Source: Eledone cirrhosa (Eukaryota). Taken from it: a DNA stretch of 64,000 nucleotides. How positions within the stretch are numbered: the first letter of the stretch is position 1; each line of letters begins with the position of its first letter. The stretch is from positions 281,232,001 through 281,296,000 of the forward strand of contig OZ024741.1 in NCBI GenBank assembly GCA_964016885.1, read 5' to 3'. Of this stretch, positions 13,193 to 27,532 are shown piece by piece. The position numbers were made by a program, and so were the translations under genes. Below the pieces are notes generated by a model that was not told where the DNA came from, made no database searches, and worked only from the letters and a program-made list of their open reading frames with translations.

Positions 13193-14884
13193 TTAAACTA
13201 ATCTATATCTTCATTGTATTGCATTGTTTCCTTGTGTTGCTTTTTTATTTACTTCTCCCCCCCCCCTCTCTCTCTCAAACACACACGCACACACACATGT
13301 ATATATAAATTTATTAGTTACTCAGAACTCTCATCATCTTGAATTGACACTCGACTAGCCTTGAAATGCACATGCCGCATATGAACCTGTGTGCAAACAA
13401 AAGAATTCCAAATGTCTGACAAAGAATTGGTAACAGATTTATCAAGCTTTATGCAAAACTTTATGCTAGCACATTGCTTGAATTTGTCAGCCATAGTAAA
13501 ACTTGCTGAGCTCTTCTAAAACAATGTTACAAAACCTCATGTAATAATTAAACACTAATGGATAGATAGCATGAAATTTATGTGAAGACTGATTCAGTAG
13601 GTTGGTTACTAATGTTTATCAGTTGTTCAGTCATTTCTGTTAGGGTAGTTGACTCAGAATTGTAAGGTTGTGAGTTTGATTCCTGGTGACATGTTGTGTC
13701 CTTGAGCAAGACATTTTGTTTCACATTGCTCCAGTTTATGCAGCTGGCAAAAAGGAATTATATTTATAATTCAAAGGGTCAGCCTTGTCACCAATAGTGT
13801 CATGCTGAGTCTGCCTGAGAATTATGTTAAGTGTGCATGTGTCAATGAAATACTCAGCCACTTGCACGTTAATGTCAATTCTGTCAAAAAACTAAAACAC
13901 TAGTCATTGTAACTGACAGAGGTCCAACATAACACACCAATCCAATCGAGGGCCTTCTCACTCCCGTTGGAGGAACCTCTCCCTGGTTGACCTTGATCAT
14001 TTTCTGTTTGGTCTTGGTCATGTCAGTAGTGTAGCCATACTCATCACCAACCCAATTGTGGGTTGGTGAGGCTATTTAACCCAAGGTTGGGGTGGATGGC
14101 TGTTGACTCTGAGAAGTTCATCTTCCCTTTTAACAGCTCATTTTTTGTGCCAAATCAGCTCCCCACCAGGGTCTGGAGGGAGAGCCAGTTTAGTCGCCGA
14201 CCACTCAGTCATGAAGCAGGTTGGCTTACATGGTACCAGTCGCAGACACAAGCCTGACCTGACCATAACATAGCATAAACATATGCATATATTTACATGC
14301 AGTACTATAAATTCATGTACATGCATATACATACAATTATATACTTACAGACATGCATGCACACACATATGCACACAATCCACATGTACACTCATACACA
14401 CATGCACATCCACACGCACATCTACATGCACATCACACGTGCACACTCACATACATGCACATACACACACCTGCACATGCACTCACACATACATGCACAT
14501 AGATATAGGTTATTGTCCTTGCATGATATTTGTTATAGTTGAACTTCTTAAATGACAATTTAGACTAACTAAAGTATTCTACAATTACCTTATCTTGGCT
14601 GAAAAGATAGCAACAATTAATTTGCTCACATCTATCATAAATACTTTTCAAGTACGGTAAGATTTCTTTCAGCAGAAACACAGTAGAGTTTGTTGATAGT
14701 AATTTATGACAAATGAAAAGAGAAACCTAATTTCCAAGATTCCACTGAAGACTTGCATGTAGCAAGCAGAGAGTCAAGTAGATAAGTTAGAAGAAAATTC
14801 TTCACCTTGGTAAAAACTACTTAACGAAAGATAATATTATGTGAAAAATCATGCTTTCACAAATTTTAGCTTCGTATTTACACA

Positions 14885-15510
14885 TGGTGTGCCAGATGAA
14901 ATGCATGGCAGTATTTTGTTATGGCCCTTTATGTTCTGAGTTCAAACCTGCCAAGATCAACTTTGCCTTATATCCTTCTGGAGTCAATAAAATAAAATAC
15001 CAGCACAGTACAGTACTGGGTTGATATATTTGACTCTTCCCTACCTACAAATTGCTGGTCTTGTTCCTACCTAAACTAGAAATCATTATGTACACATGCT
15101 AAGGTGATAGATTGGTAAAACAATTAGAGCATCAGACAAAATACCTAATGACCTTTAGTTACGGCCCATTTACTATCTGAATTGAAATCTTGTTGAGGCC
15201 AACTTTGCCTTTCATCTTTCTAGGTTTAATAAAATAAAGTCTCAATCAAATGGTAGAGTGGTGGATTGAGAGAGCCATTAATGTCATACAATTGATTGAC
15301 AAAGTCAATAGAGTTTCACATAAAATGTTTTATGGTATTTAGTTAGGACTCATTAGTATCTGTGTTTAAATCCTGTTGAGGTCAACTTTTCCTTTTGTCT
15401 TTCCAGGGTTGATAAAATAAAGTACCAGTCGAGTACTGGAGTTGACATATTTGACTTTTACCCTCTCCTTAAAGTTGCAGGCCTTGTACTTAAATTAGAA
15501 ATCATTATTA
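14885..15510 (+). mobile_element. Cluster of three Deu/Nin-like SINEs
   Basis: Three copies of the CAACTTTGCCTT..ATAAAATAAAGTACCAG core, the first and third with a TAGAAATCATTAT tail. Further copies near 21690, 22590, 25900, 28300 and 60330. Confidence 0.7.
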
Positions 15511-15701
15511 TTTGCTATGTAGTGGCTGCATGATTTGATTATACTCCTTTATTTAATGGAATATTTTCCTCAATATTCTATTTTCAATCTTATAACCTTT
15601 TTTTTTTTTTTTCAGAATTTGAGGGTGAAAATTATTGATACCGTTTTATTAATATTTGTATTAATTATTTAATCAATTTTCATTTATATTTATATCTTCA
15701 G

Positions 15702-15836
15702 ATGATGGCAGATTTTAAATATCAACTACCAATTCCTATGGTTACTATAATAAACTGTGGTAAGGTATCACTGGGAAAATTAAATGCATTCAAAGAAGTT
15801 ATGCTTCTCCCAGGACCACATGTATTAATTAAAGAT
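15702..15836 (+). CDS. ENO4: Enolase-4-like gene, internal exon A (MMADFKYQLPIPMVTIINCGKVSLGKLNAFKEVMLLPGPHVLIKD)
   Basis: Pyrimidine-rich tract plus CAG acceptor, 135 nt phase 0-0, GTAAGT donor. LPIPMVTIINCGK..GKLN.FKEVMLLP matches the enolase LPVP..NVINGG...QEFMILP segment in its ENO4 form. Too short for the ORF track. Confidence 0.9.
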
Positions 15837-16139
15837 GTAAGTGGCTAATATTATATCAATGTGATCATTTGCATGTCTTACCTTTTTAACCCTTTCATTA
15901 CCAAATTTCTAATTAAATACACAGCCTATGCGTTTCAATTAATTTTGAAATTAACCAAAAATTTGGAGGGATTTAATAAACTGATATTTAGAATAATACT
16001 TAACAAACATTTCTAAAATAAAATTATAATGGAAGGTTTTAATATAAGGATAAACATTTAAAAATGAGCAAATTTGTATCATAAATCCTGAGCTGTTTCA
16101 GATAGTCTGGATTCAAAAGGCTTATTGTTTTATAAGTGA

Positions 16140-17030
16140 TTAAGAAGTAATTAATTTTGCTGAATTTATATATTGTTACAGTTCCATTAATGGACTTCAT
16201 AACTAGCCATACCCTTTCTGGTTCTGTGAAGCCCAGCTTCTCAAGATTTGTACTGAGGCAGTTTGTAACATCCCAGAGACGCCAATGATCACAGGTACAA
16301 ATCTAAAAGTATAGTCAGGGTGAAGTATCTGCAAATTCCTCATTAGTTCAGCATAAATGTTAACTTTTTCACTAATCTTTAGCATTATATTGACATCTGC
16401 TGGGTATCTGATTTCCACTATTGTGTATGTCTTCTTTTCTCAGTTCCATATCACTATGTCTGGATTGTTGTGTTTGCATTTTATTGAGGTTTTGACTGGA
16501 ACATTCCACCAGTACTCTTTCATATTATGTATACATATGTCCTCCACATCACTGTAACTTTGTATATATTTATTATCAGGACTATCCTTTCTATGGATTG
16601 CATTGTATAGTGTTTTGGCATTACATCATGACTCGTAGGTAGATAGTGTCACAATGATATCTTCGGACAGCAGCTTATGATGTGAATGACATATTTGATG
16701 TTTATTCCGCAGTGTTTGAAGTTGTCACATCTAGCTGTTTTGCCTGTATCCCTGACTTTTGTGCATTAGCTATTTCATTGTTATTTCCTGTTCTTGGATT
16801 GCAAAAGCATATCCTTCAAAGTGAGAGCCAATATACCTGTGGTTTGTCCAAGATAAACTGCTTTGCTTATCTATATTATTTTACATTGAAGCTTTCTGGC
16901 AACATAGCCATACATGATTTTTTTCTGATAAGCATGTAGCTTTTCATCCATGGATTCATTGTAGTATTTCTGTGCAATTTACCTGGTTATGAGCTTTTGG
17001 TTATCATACAGTCATAAAAGAACATTTATC
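16140..17030 (-). mobile_element. Decayed R4/Dong-like non-LTR 3' fragment
   Basis: EIRYPAD...YAELMRNLQILHPDYTFRFVPVIIG, homologous to 52441-53330. Confidence 0.85.
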
Positions 17031-18059
17031 CTGGCCAAACTCCAAGTGTTTATGCCAAATAGATAACCCCTACTCCCAAGTATGTTTGATTAAACAACAG
17101 ATTATTGAAGTGGAATAGGTCTACCTGGGCTAGGAAATAAAATGTGAAATAAATTGTAAGTTATGACTGAAGATTATTTAGATTTTAAATATACAAACAA
17201 TTTGTATGAGCAGAAACAAGCGAGTTCTTTGTTTACCATTTATTTTGAAAAGGGTTTTGTCTGACTGCTTCAGAGTGTCTTGAGATATAAAATTATCTTG
17301 ACATCTTCATTTACATTACAGAAACTCAACTGAAAGTTAAATAAGCAAAATAGTGATTTTTCTTTCATTCTTTCTTGGGAAAAAATCTTCTAATGATAAC
17401 ATTCTATCTTCATCTTCACAAAAAAATTGATTCATGTGATGTGACCAGCAATTATTGGTGGTGGTGGTGAGGGGTACAAACAAAACAGTAAAATACAGTT
17501 GGCATTGTTGTCACCACCACCACCACCATCATTCTCATTTAACATCCGTTTTCCTGCAAGCAAAGTTTAGATTGGTCATCTCCACCACCATTATTATCAT
17601 CATTACCTCCATTATCATCATCATCACCACCACCATCATTATCACCACCACCACCACCATCATCACTACCACTGTTTTGGAGTCTGCTTTTTCAGGCATG
17701 AGGCAAACTTTCTAGAACCAAAAGCTCTTAATGACATCAACCCATGTTTTATTTGAATTAAGTATGGTTTATACCACTGAACATAACATTCCTGTTGTTG
17801 GAATCAAATGCCTTACAAAAGTTGATGAAGATTAGCACAGCTTCTTTGTTGTGATTTCAAATCTCCTCAATCAACTTTCGTAGAGTTAAGATTTGCAAGG
17901 ATGTTGACCTGTCCTGATGGAAGCCATTTTAATTTGGTCGGAGGAGAAGGTCAAGGACAGGATGCAAACAATTCAATAAAAGATGATTGTAGATTTTTGC
18001 GGCAACCTGGGGGAGAGAGGTTCCTCAGTAGTTATCAGGTGTAGTCAGGTTGGGAATGA

Positions 18060-19060
18060 TGCCAGATATACCCCATTGTTGAAGCCATCAAACACATGTT
18101 CATACTTCATCTACAGTGCTTGCTCCCAAAGGAGAAACTAATTCATTTGAAGTGTAGACTAGAGTCCTACAAGGGGATCCGTTAGCTCCTTTCCTCTTCA
18201 TTGTGACTCTGGATTATGCTCTGAGAAGTGCCATTACATTGTCAGATGGAGTTATGTTCAAGAGATGTCGGAGCTCATGTTATCTAGCAAAACTGCTTGC
18301 AAAACTTGCAGATATCTGCCTTCTTGAAGGCAATATTTTAGCAGCCCAGGATTTATTCCACTGCATTGAGGGAGCTACCAAAGAACTTGGTTTGTTGTTG
18401 AACTCATTGAAAATGAAGTACATGTACCTAAACCAAACCATCACTCCTCCTTTGTGTTCACTTGATGGAACCAAAAGCGAAAAAGTTGAGGAGTTCAAGT
18501 ACTTGGGTGATTACACCAATTTTCTTTTAATGTCTCAACCTGAATTGGTTAAGCCTTGGGAGCTAAACCTTTTCTTCGTAATGTCTGGACAGCACCAATC
18601 AATCGCTCCAAAAAACTCAGGGTATACAAAGCTACTGTGGAATCAATCCTTCTTTTATGGCTCAGTCATGGATCCTGATATCTGCAATGACAAAGAAATT
18701 GGATGGTAACTGCATCTGTCTCTTGTGTACTAACTTTAATATCTTTTGGCAGTCACACACAACTAACAGGATCTCATATGACTGTCTTTCAAAGATTTCA
18801 ACTGTTATAAGAAAGTGTTTATCGAGCTCTTTCTGGACATGGAATGTGACACAGTTAGGCTGCTGTGAGAATTCTGTTATACTCCCCCATCATCACTTGT
18901 AAATATGGTTGCCCAAACCTGACTCTCGAGAAAATAATTGAAAAAGACATTGGATTACATGACAGTGTCTTGATGAACGCGATGCAAGACTGCGGTACAT
19001 GGAGGAACCTTATAGTGTCACCAATTGGAGTTGGACGACATTAATAATAATAATAATAAT
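18060..19060 (+). mobile_element. Decayed RTE-group LINE RT 3' fragment
   Basis: VLQGDPLAPFLFIVTLDYALR and FKYLG motifs, frameshifts, (TAA)n tail. Confidence 0.8.
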
Positions 19061-19986
19061 ATACCACTGACACTAATTTAACCTGTAGCGAATAAAATGT
19101 TATTCTTTGATGGATGTTTGATGAAAAGAATAATGCCATAATTGGGATGTTAACAATGTTTATTTTACAATAACAATATGTGACAGAATTTATTGCTTCA
19201 TTAATTTGCTGGCTAGCTACTTCAAGCTAGCGTGCATGCTTGTATCAATTCGACGTTACAATATTACAGTGAGACGGAAGAATAGAATGAGCGTAGAATG
19301 TAGACAATATGAACTTACTGTCTGTGTGTATGTGTCTATTCTTAGAATACGTTATTCATCTCAAGCACTGCTGCACCATGTCTGGCTGTTGTCTGTGGCC
19401 AAGAAGGTGAGAGCCAGTAAGAGCCAGGAGACAAAAAAGGGTAAAAGGTCTGCTGATGCCTACATGATTATCTCTCACTGACTGCTGTGTTGGGTTTCCT
19501 AAGTCCTTGTATTTATAATAACCTTATAGCTAGAGTTGATTTATGAGTTGATTTATGAGTTGATTTATGAGTTGATTTATGGGCAGCCATCTGTGTTTCC
19601 CCTGTCTACAAGCTGGGGTCACAGGTCAAGTGGTATGTACTTTAATCATCATCGTCTTTTGACAAGACAAGGGTGGGAACCTCCAACGATAGATGGTCCC
19701 AGAGGCGAGAAACCTCAGATTCGGTTTTGAATCTTCGCCGGTAAAATATTACACTGTGAGCCATATTGTTTATGGTGGACACAAACAAATTTCACCACTT
19801 TAAATATTGTTACTGTTAAGAAGTTTGTGGTGACTGACACACACATGCATACTAGCATACTCTTGCACTTACACATATGCACACACACACATACATACAC
19901 ACACACACATACAAACACACGTCTATATGGTGAGTTTCCTTACACTTTCCAGATATTAAATTCCTTCTATATTTAGTTAATGAAAG

Positions 19987-20241
19987 GTGTAGGTGTCACG
20001 ACAAAAAAACACACAGTCCACGCTGTAATGTGGCCGTGTAGGCAACACGGTAAAAACCTCCCAGACCCACACTGTAAATGTGGTTGGTGTTAGGAAGGGC
20101 ATCCAACTGTAGAAAACCTGCCAGACAGTCCTATGCGAGCAAGACAATCACTCTTGCCTCAAGTGGGAATACCCCCGTCCAAACCCATGCAAGCGTGGAA
20201 CACGGACGTTAAACGTTGATGATGATGATGATGATGATGAT
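19987..20241 (+). mobile_element. Isolated RTE 3' UTR with (GAT)n tail
   Basis: Near-identical to 50430-50685 and 46380-46595. Confidence 0.85.
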
Positions 20242-20244
20242 GAA

Positions 20245-20700
20245 AGAATGCTAATGCAACTGATTAGATCGGACAGGTTCCAGTTTGAGTTTATGCCAGT
20301 ATGGAATGCCACCATTTCTCTGTTCCTGGTGAGATAACTAGGAATAAGCTACTCCATTTAGAATTTGTCAAACTAGAGAAGGCCTTTAACTAGGTCCCAT
20401 ATTCTGTAGTTTGGTAGTCACTAAGAAAATGAGGGATATATGAATGACTTGTGATATCTATACAAAACCATGTACAGAGGTGCTGTCAGCAAGGTGAGAG
20501 AACAACAAGATCAGTGAGAAATTTAGTGTGTAGATTGGTGTAGATTGAGGATCAGTTCTCAGCCTTAGGCTATAAGAGAGGAGATTAAGACTAGTTGTAC
20601 ATGGTACCTTCCGTATGCTGTGTGCTGATGGCCTGGTTCTCATTGTTGAATCAGACAAAGGTTTTGAGAAAAAATTCCAAATTTAGATGCAAAAGCTGAA
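20245..20700 (+). mobile_element. Highly decayed RTE RT fragment
   Basis: Remnants of LEKAF..VP and GSVLS, collinear with 32180-32650. Confidence 0.65.
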
Positions 20701-23448
20701 GTGGACTTCCGTCTGTTTCAACGATGAGTGTTCCATCAATGAAACAGTTTGCTCATGAAATTAACATGTAAGTGGCTGAACATTACACAGACACGTGTAC
20801 TCTTAATGTAATTCCCAGTGAGATTTGGCATGACATAGTGTGCACAATGTGTGACAAGGCTGGCCTTTTGAATTACAGGTACAATCTCCCAGGTAGACTT
20901 CTAAAAAGGCTCCATCTACTCAATTTCACCAAGACTATGGTAAATAATACTTGCCCCAAATGTCATGCAGTGGGATTGAAACCAGAATTTCAAAGCAAAC
21001 TTAACCATTTGGCCAAACTCTGTTCACAGAAGCAAAAACTAGAATTATGAGGCCTCAAAGTAAACCTAGAACATACTAAACCTAGCATATACTGAAGTCT
21101 TAGTTAGCAAGAAAGCTGACAGGACTCTACAGTTGTTAAGAAAGCAGCCATTTACTCAAATTGATCATTGGTAGAAATGGTAATTGCTTTACCAACTTAG
21201 TAGAAACAAAGCTTAATAGACCTAGTGAAATTTGAACTGAGATTCCAGAGGGATAAGGCTAAATTATGCAAGACAGTTTGAAACTCTAGAATTTCTGCCA
21301 ACTTTCTGCTGTAAACAAAATCTTAACAGGTTTGTCATAACCCTTCCATTACCATATTTTTAGTGACATACACTGTATTTGATTAAATAATGAAGAATAT
21401 GGAGGATTTACTAATATTACTAATTATTTCGTTATTAAGATGGTATTTGTAACATAACTTAATAAAAGGTTGTATAAAATTATGATGGAAAGTTTTGATT
21501 TAAATATGGACCCTGTAAAATAGGTGGTTTTATTTAATAGAATTAGAGGCAGTTTGCGGGGAAGGTTAGTATCAAAATGGTTAACTGATCTGCTGTGACC
21601 ATTTTGTTCCTTTTACTCAATTTTTGATATTTTATAGAATTACTTCACACACTGTATTATCATTAGATATGAAATATTCTTTGAGAATTCTCACCAATTT
21701 ATCATTAGAAGCAAAAAGTAAAATAATGGTTTCTAATTTAGGTACAAGGCCAACAGTTTTTTGGGGAAAGGAGAAAATTATTGTATTGACCCTAGCACTT
21801 CAATCATACTCAATTTTATTGACCTTAGAAGGATGTAAGTAAAGTTGACTTTAGCAGAAATTGAACTCAGAAAGTAAGGATCAAATACTGCTAAACATTT
21901 GTCTGATGCTCTAATGATTCTGCCAATCCATTGCCCTGATAAGACCAATGTTCAATTTCCATTAACCCTTTCACTTCACAATATAAAGGGGGCTAATAAA
22001 AAATTATTAGAGGGACGTTACTAAACTCTTTGTTATGGTGTGTTATTCGGTGAGTGGCTCTTCTCTTGTATGATTTTTTTCTGCTTGTTTTTTTTTTCTT
22101 CTTTTTTTCTTCTGATATTCTTAACAACCAGTGCTTTTCCCTTTCCTTTCTTTTTTTATTCTTCTGATATTCTTAACAGCCAATGCTTTTCCTTTTTTTT
22201 TTTTTCTATAGTTATATGTGTATGTTGAATACCTATTGAATATGTATGTCTGCTAGCGTGTGAGTGTATGTACTGTCTTCAATTAATAACAATAGTGACC
22301 TTGTTAAGAGGATATATAGTGTTATATTCATTCATTCACTCGTTCGTTTGTCTATTCATTCTTTTATTTCTACATTCCAAAGGGTTAAAATTTAGGTTAA
22401 CATTGAATGGAGAAATAGATAAAAATAATGGTTAGTGAAAGTGTTAAATCCAAAATTACAAATAAAACATTATGTAGTTATTTAGGTCATGAGATTGTTG
22501 GGAATTGTAAATTCTGACTTAAATAATAATTAAAAAATATGTAATTACAGTTAAAATGGTTTTATTAGTTTTATTATTTCACTCTAGGGCAGTGGATTGG
22601 CAGTATTGGTAGAGCATCGAACAACATGCTTTACAGCATATAGTTACATCCATTTACATTCTGAGTTTAAATCCTGCTGAAATTAGCTTTGCCTTTTATC
22701 CTTATGAGGTCGACAAAATAAAGTACCAGTAATGCAGGTCAATGTAATCAACTTCCCCTCGCCAAAATAAAAATTGTTGGCCTTGTGCCTAAATCAGAAA
22801 CAATTATTGTTCTCCCTACTGCTCAATGTATCAAAGTAGCTGTCATATATTAGTACATATGATATGAGGTTTCATTTTTTTTACATTTAAGAGGGAATGG
22901 ACCTCTAGGTTTCAGTGATGAGTATTCCAGTTGTTTGATCGATGGAACAATCCACTCATGAGATTAACATGTAAGTTGCCGAGGATTCCATAGAGACATG
23001 TGCCCTTAATGGAGATTCAGTGTGACAAAGCTGGCTCCTTGAATTACCAGCATAGTTCAGCCGTCAGGCATTCAAACATTTCCCATCTACCTAATTTCAC
23101 TCACAAGGTATGGGTCAATCCAAGTCTATGGTAAATTACTCATGCCCAAGGTGCTATACAGTGGGAATGAAGTTGGGACCTAATGATTGTGAATCAAACC
23201 TCTTAACCATTTGACCATGCAGTATTCACACATTAAAGATAACAATATACAAAAGAGAGGTGTTACAAATATACTCCAAAGGTGCGAACATTACAGATAT
23301 ACTTAAAAAGTGGGACTGTTACAGATACAGAGACAAGTATACATTTGTGTATGCAATGTTGATACAGTGTTTGGAGGAAGAAACTGTAAATAGTGGTAGA
23401 AAAGTTGAACACTAGTAGTGGAAACTGTTGGTTGTGGAAAGGTTGGAT

Positions 23449-24020
23449 GTCTGAGCTGTTGGTAAAAGTTGATCTAATGAGCTCAGTAGTTTTTGTGTGA
23501 GCTCAGCCACAGCTTTGCTAATTAAAGATATTGAGTTCACCATTATTCTGTATGGCAGTATCTGAGCTGTTGGTAATAGTTGATCTGATGAGCTCAGTAA
23601 TTTTTGTGTGAACTCAGCCACAGCTTTGCCAATTAGAGATATTGAATTCACCATTATTCTGTATGGCAGAATCTGTGCTGTTTATAAAAGACAATCTGGT
23701 AAGCTCACAGTAGATTTTGCGTGAGTTTGGCCTCAACTTTTCTAGTTGGTGGTACAATTATTGAACCGGTCACTGTATTGTATGGCTGGATATCTGAGCT
23801 GGCGAGGGAAGTTGATCTGAGGAGCTCACAGCTCTACTAGTTTGAGGTATGATTGTTATGTGGGTTTTCACTGTTCTGTGTAGTAGAATATCTGATTTGC
23901 TGGTAAAAGGCAGCTTCATGAGCTCACAATAGTTTTTGTATGGGTTTGACTGCAACTCTGCTGGTTGGACATATGGTTGTTGAGTTAGTTACTGTTCTGT
24001 ATAGCAGAATATCTGAGAAG
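23449..24020. repeat. Degenerate tandem array, about 5 units of ~100-120 bp
   Basis: TCTGAGCTG..GATCTGATGAGCTCA..TTCTGTATGGCAG recurs at about 23449, 23560, 23671, 23791, 23889 and 24011. Confidence 0.8.
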
Positions 24021-25546
24021 ATGAGAAGAGCCTTTAACTCTTGGTAGTCTTAGAGGCGCCATCTCGACACATCTTAGGCATTTAAAATTTGGTGGAGCCC
24101 ATCCCTCTCCAGATCAAAACACAGCCAATCTCTTTCAGAGAAAGAGAGAGAGGGAGAGAGAGACAGGGAGAAAGAAAGGAAGAATCAACCCCAGTACTGA
24201 GAGATACATGATGCTCTTATGATCATATTGTTAATGAAATACACTGTGTGATATGCTTCAATAATTTTGAAATAAAATCAAGAATTTGAAGAGATCTTAG
24301 TAAGATAACTGAACACTTTTTTTTATTATGAAGCTGGTATTTGAAATGTAACTTAATAAAAGGATCTTGCATAAAATCATGATGGAAGGTTTTCAGATAA
24401 ATAAAAACACTTTAAAAGAATATGTTTTGTATTAGTGAACCAGAAATATTCTCAGTTAGGCTGTATCAAAAGAGTTAACCCCTTTTGATACCAACCTGCC
24501 CACAAACTGCCTCTGCCTCAATGACACAAAACCACCCATTTTAAAGGGCTTCTAATTAAATTAAAACTGTCCAATATAATTTTATATAAGAATATTTTAT
24601 GTTACAAATACCATCTTAATTAAATTATAATTTTAGTAAACTTTTCCCAAATTCTTCATTAATTAATTAAAATACAAAGTATTTCATTATAAGTCATCAT
24701 CATCACCATCATCAGTTATCATCTATTTTCCATGCTTGCATGGGTTAGACAAGTTGTCATGTTCTGAAGCCAGACATGTCAGGAGCCTACATCTTGCTAA
24801 TACATTCCATTTTGGCTTTGGTTTCTACAGCTGGATGCCTTTCATAATACCAACGACCCTAGAACATCTATATATATGGTAACAAAACAGTTAATGGCTG
24901 AACCCTGTCATCTTTCTTTTGTATTGTTACTAAAGTTTCAATTGTAGATTTTTTTTATTGTCAATGTGGTATGTTTTTTTCATATTCTACACTGATATTA
25001 TTACATGAATAAATGTTGATGATTAAAATTTCAGCTGTGAAATTACTATCCTTCTCTAACATATGGCTGTTAAGATGTTTTCATTTCAAGAACACCTTGT
25101 AACATTTCAAAACATGACACATATGAACCGCCATGTTGTTATAGCAACACATTAACTGAATGTTCTACAGATGGTATTTGCATCAAATGGAACATAAATA
25201 GCATCAGACAGAACCTTGTATGTAGATAGATATAGCCTGTTGTTTACAAGATATCTTTGTCTGTAGTGGTTGATTGTGTCAATATATATTCATTAAATAA
25301 TAATCATTGACATTCCAATTACCTAAAGCCTTTGATTTATGTGTGCATCCATTGTCCTGTAACTCCCGAGGGAGTCGTAGGAGCACCATACATCAATATG
25401 GCACCCTAATGGCTCCCTCAGGAGTTATGGGGCCATGCATGCATTTTAAAACCTGGTAGAGCCCAATCCTCTCCAGGTCTGAATAATACAGCAGATTTTT
25501 TCCAGAGAAGGCTAGAGTGAGAGAAAGAAAAGGAAAAAGAGATATA

Positions 25547-25608
25547 GAGGAAAAATCGACCCCAGTACTAGACTAATACTAGTCTAGTACTGGGGTCGAT
25601 TTTTCCTC
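25547..25608. repeat. Perfect 29-bp hairpin with a 4-nt loop inside a SINE
   Basis: GAGGAAAAATCGACCCCAGTACTAGACTA-atac-reverse complement. Confidence 0.95.
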
Positions 25609-26789
25609 AAATGGATTTGTCCACAAATGGATGAAATGCAAAGTTGACTTTGGTGGTATTTGAAGTTATAGAGCAGAGAGACGAAATGAATACCATAAAG
25701 CATTCTATCTGATGTTCTAACAACTCTGTAAATTTACCACCTTCTTCAATTTATAGTGATGACATTAAATATCTGTCATTCTTATAAAACATGAATATGT
25801 TGAAATAGATTCACCCAAGCATTTAAACTTAATTTGAATTTCGACCAGTGAATTCGTCTATTCTTGATAACACTTAGCATTCTTCAACTTTAGTGGATTA
25901 GTAGAATTGGCAGGGTATGGGATAAAATGCCATTGCACTATTTGTTCTAGCTTTTTACATTCTGTGTCTAAATCCTACCAAAATCAACTTTGCCTTTCGT
26001 CCTTCTGAGGTCAATAAAATAAAGTACCAGTCAAGTACTGGGGTTAATTTAATCAACTTTGCCCTTTCGCTAAATTTGCTGGCCTTGTGCCTAAATTAGA
26101 AATCAGTAGTACCTGAATTATTCTTCTCCAATTTTCTTGCTTATATTAACCAAACAAAGCAAGAAGTTTGGTGAAAGGGAAGCAGTTCCAAAGGGTGCAT
26201 TCTGTTAGTCATCCTCTCCAGGTTAACTTGTTTGGCCTCCAGGTACTCATGTATGGCTTTCGAGAGATCTGGCATACCAAAAATGTAGACATTATATCTT
26301 GGAGTAAGTCATATCTCAGTCAGAACCAACTGAATGCTGTGTATGGTGTCATCATATTGAGTTTTGCCTTAACTTACATTTATCACCTCTGACTTCAACA
26401 AGCTCATCTCAAGTTTGATGACTAATTGGACTGAAATAATATTCTGAAGGTCGTCAACATATGAGAAAGAAAATAGAAAATTAAAATATAATGGACAGGA
26501 TTTATTATAGATTTGTTTTAGTATGGTTTTAGTTTTTTCTCTGTCTCACTATTTTTATATTGTACACAAGAATATTTATTTATCTAACTAAACACACCTA
26601 TGTTCAAAAACATTCAAGTGTCAGGACTAATCCATCATTTCCTTTTGTAATTGTGTACCCTAGACTACATTATCCAATGTGTTCCTTTCTTAAAATGATA
26701 GGGACTTTCTTATATTCTGACCAAATTTCAGTGAAAAACAACTTGGGTGTAACTGTCTCCAAATCTATCAATACAGGATAAGTGTCAGT

Positions 26790-26935
26790 CTGCCTCTTGG
26801 TCCCTCGAGAATGGCAAGAGAAATCCGCTGGAACAGCCAGATAACTTGTGGGTAGCTAATTTGCTCCCAAAGCAGTGAGTAGGGATGTGGTCTGGGGCCA
26901 AGAACACTGGAAGTCTCCATTGCCACAGGCTTGTG
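26790..26935 (-). mobile_element. CRE-like endonuclease C-terminal fragment
   Basis: The minus strand gives PVAMETSSVLGPR ... WLFQRISLAILRG, homologous to 4190-4340. Confidence 0.75.
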
Positions 26936-27024
26936 TTGCATGAGGGCAACTTAAGTTATTTTCAGGATTAATGATCATATAGAGGTTTCCTCATTAGTAC
27001 ATAATAGTTATGATTCATTTTCAG

Positions 27025-27532
27025 CAGGGGTCCCAAAACTTTTTAGACCATCGACCCTTCAAGGAATCTCTGATTCCTCATCAACCCCAGGCATGTACAA
27101 AAAAATAAATTAAAAATAGTAATTAAGTAGATATGCAGTTCCTATGTACATTAGTGAAGGAAACTACATATCAAACCTTGCTTTCAATATACAACAGTAT
27201 GGGAAACTGCATACTATGCCTTGCAAAACTGTTGTTCTGTACCTCCCTCTCTGTGAATATGTCTCATGAAATAAAAGGAAACAAAAAGGAAAAACTGTTT
27301 ACTGTCATAGTGTCAGAGAAGTTTCATGACAGACAGGCAATGATTAAAAATGTGTATCAGCAAGTTGTATTTTACGCATTTTTATTTCTTATATGAACGT
27401 CAGCATTTGACCCCAAAAGTTCAATCGATGCCTAGTGTTTACTGACCCACTTTTGACCCCAGGCATTTATCAACTCCTTGAAGACTCCTATCAAACCCCA
27501 GGGATAAATATCGACCACTTTGGAGACCCATG
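27025..27532. mobile_element. hAT-like MITE
   Basis: TIRs CAGGGGTCCCAAA / TTTGGAGACCCATG, flanks ATTTTCAG / ATTTACAA (6/8), and subterminal TCGACCC-type repeats. Confidence 0.75.

Noticed and set aside
23449-24020. Repeat array considered as CRISPR-like
   Set aside because: Whole units are homologous, with no unique spacers, no cas genes and a eukaryotic context.
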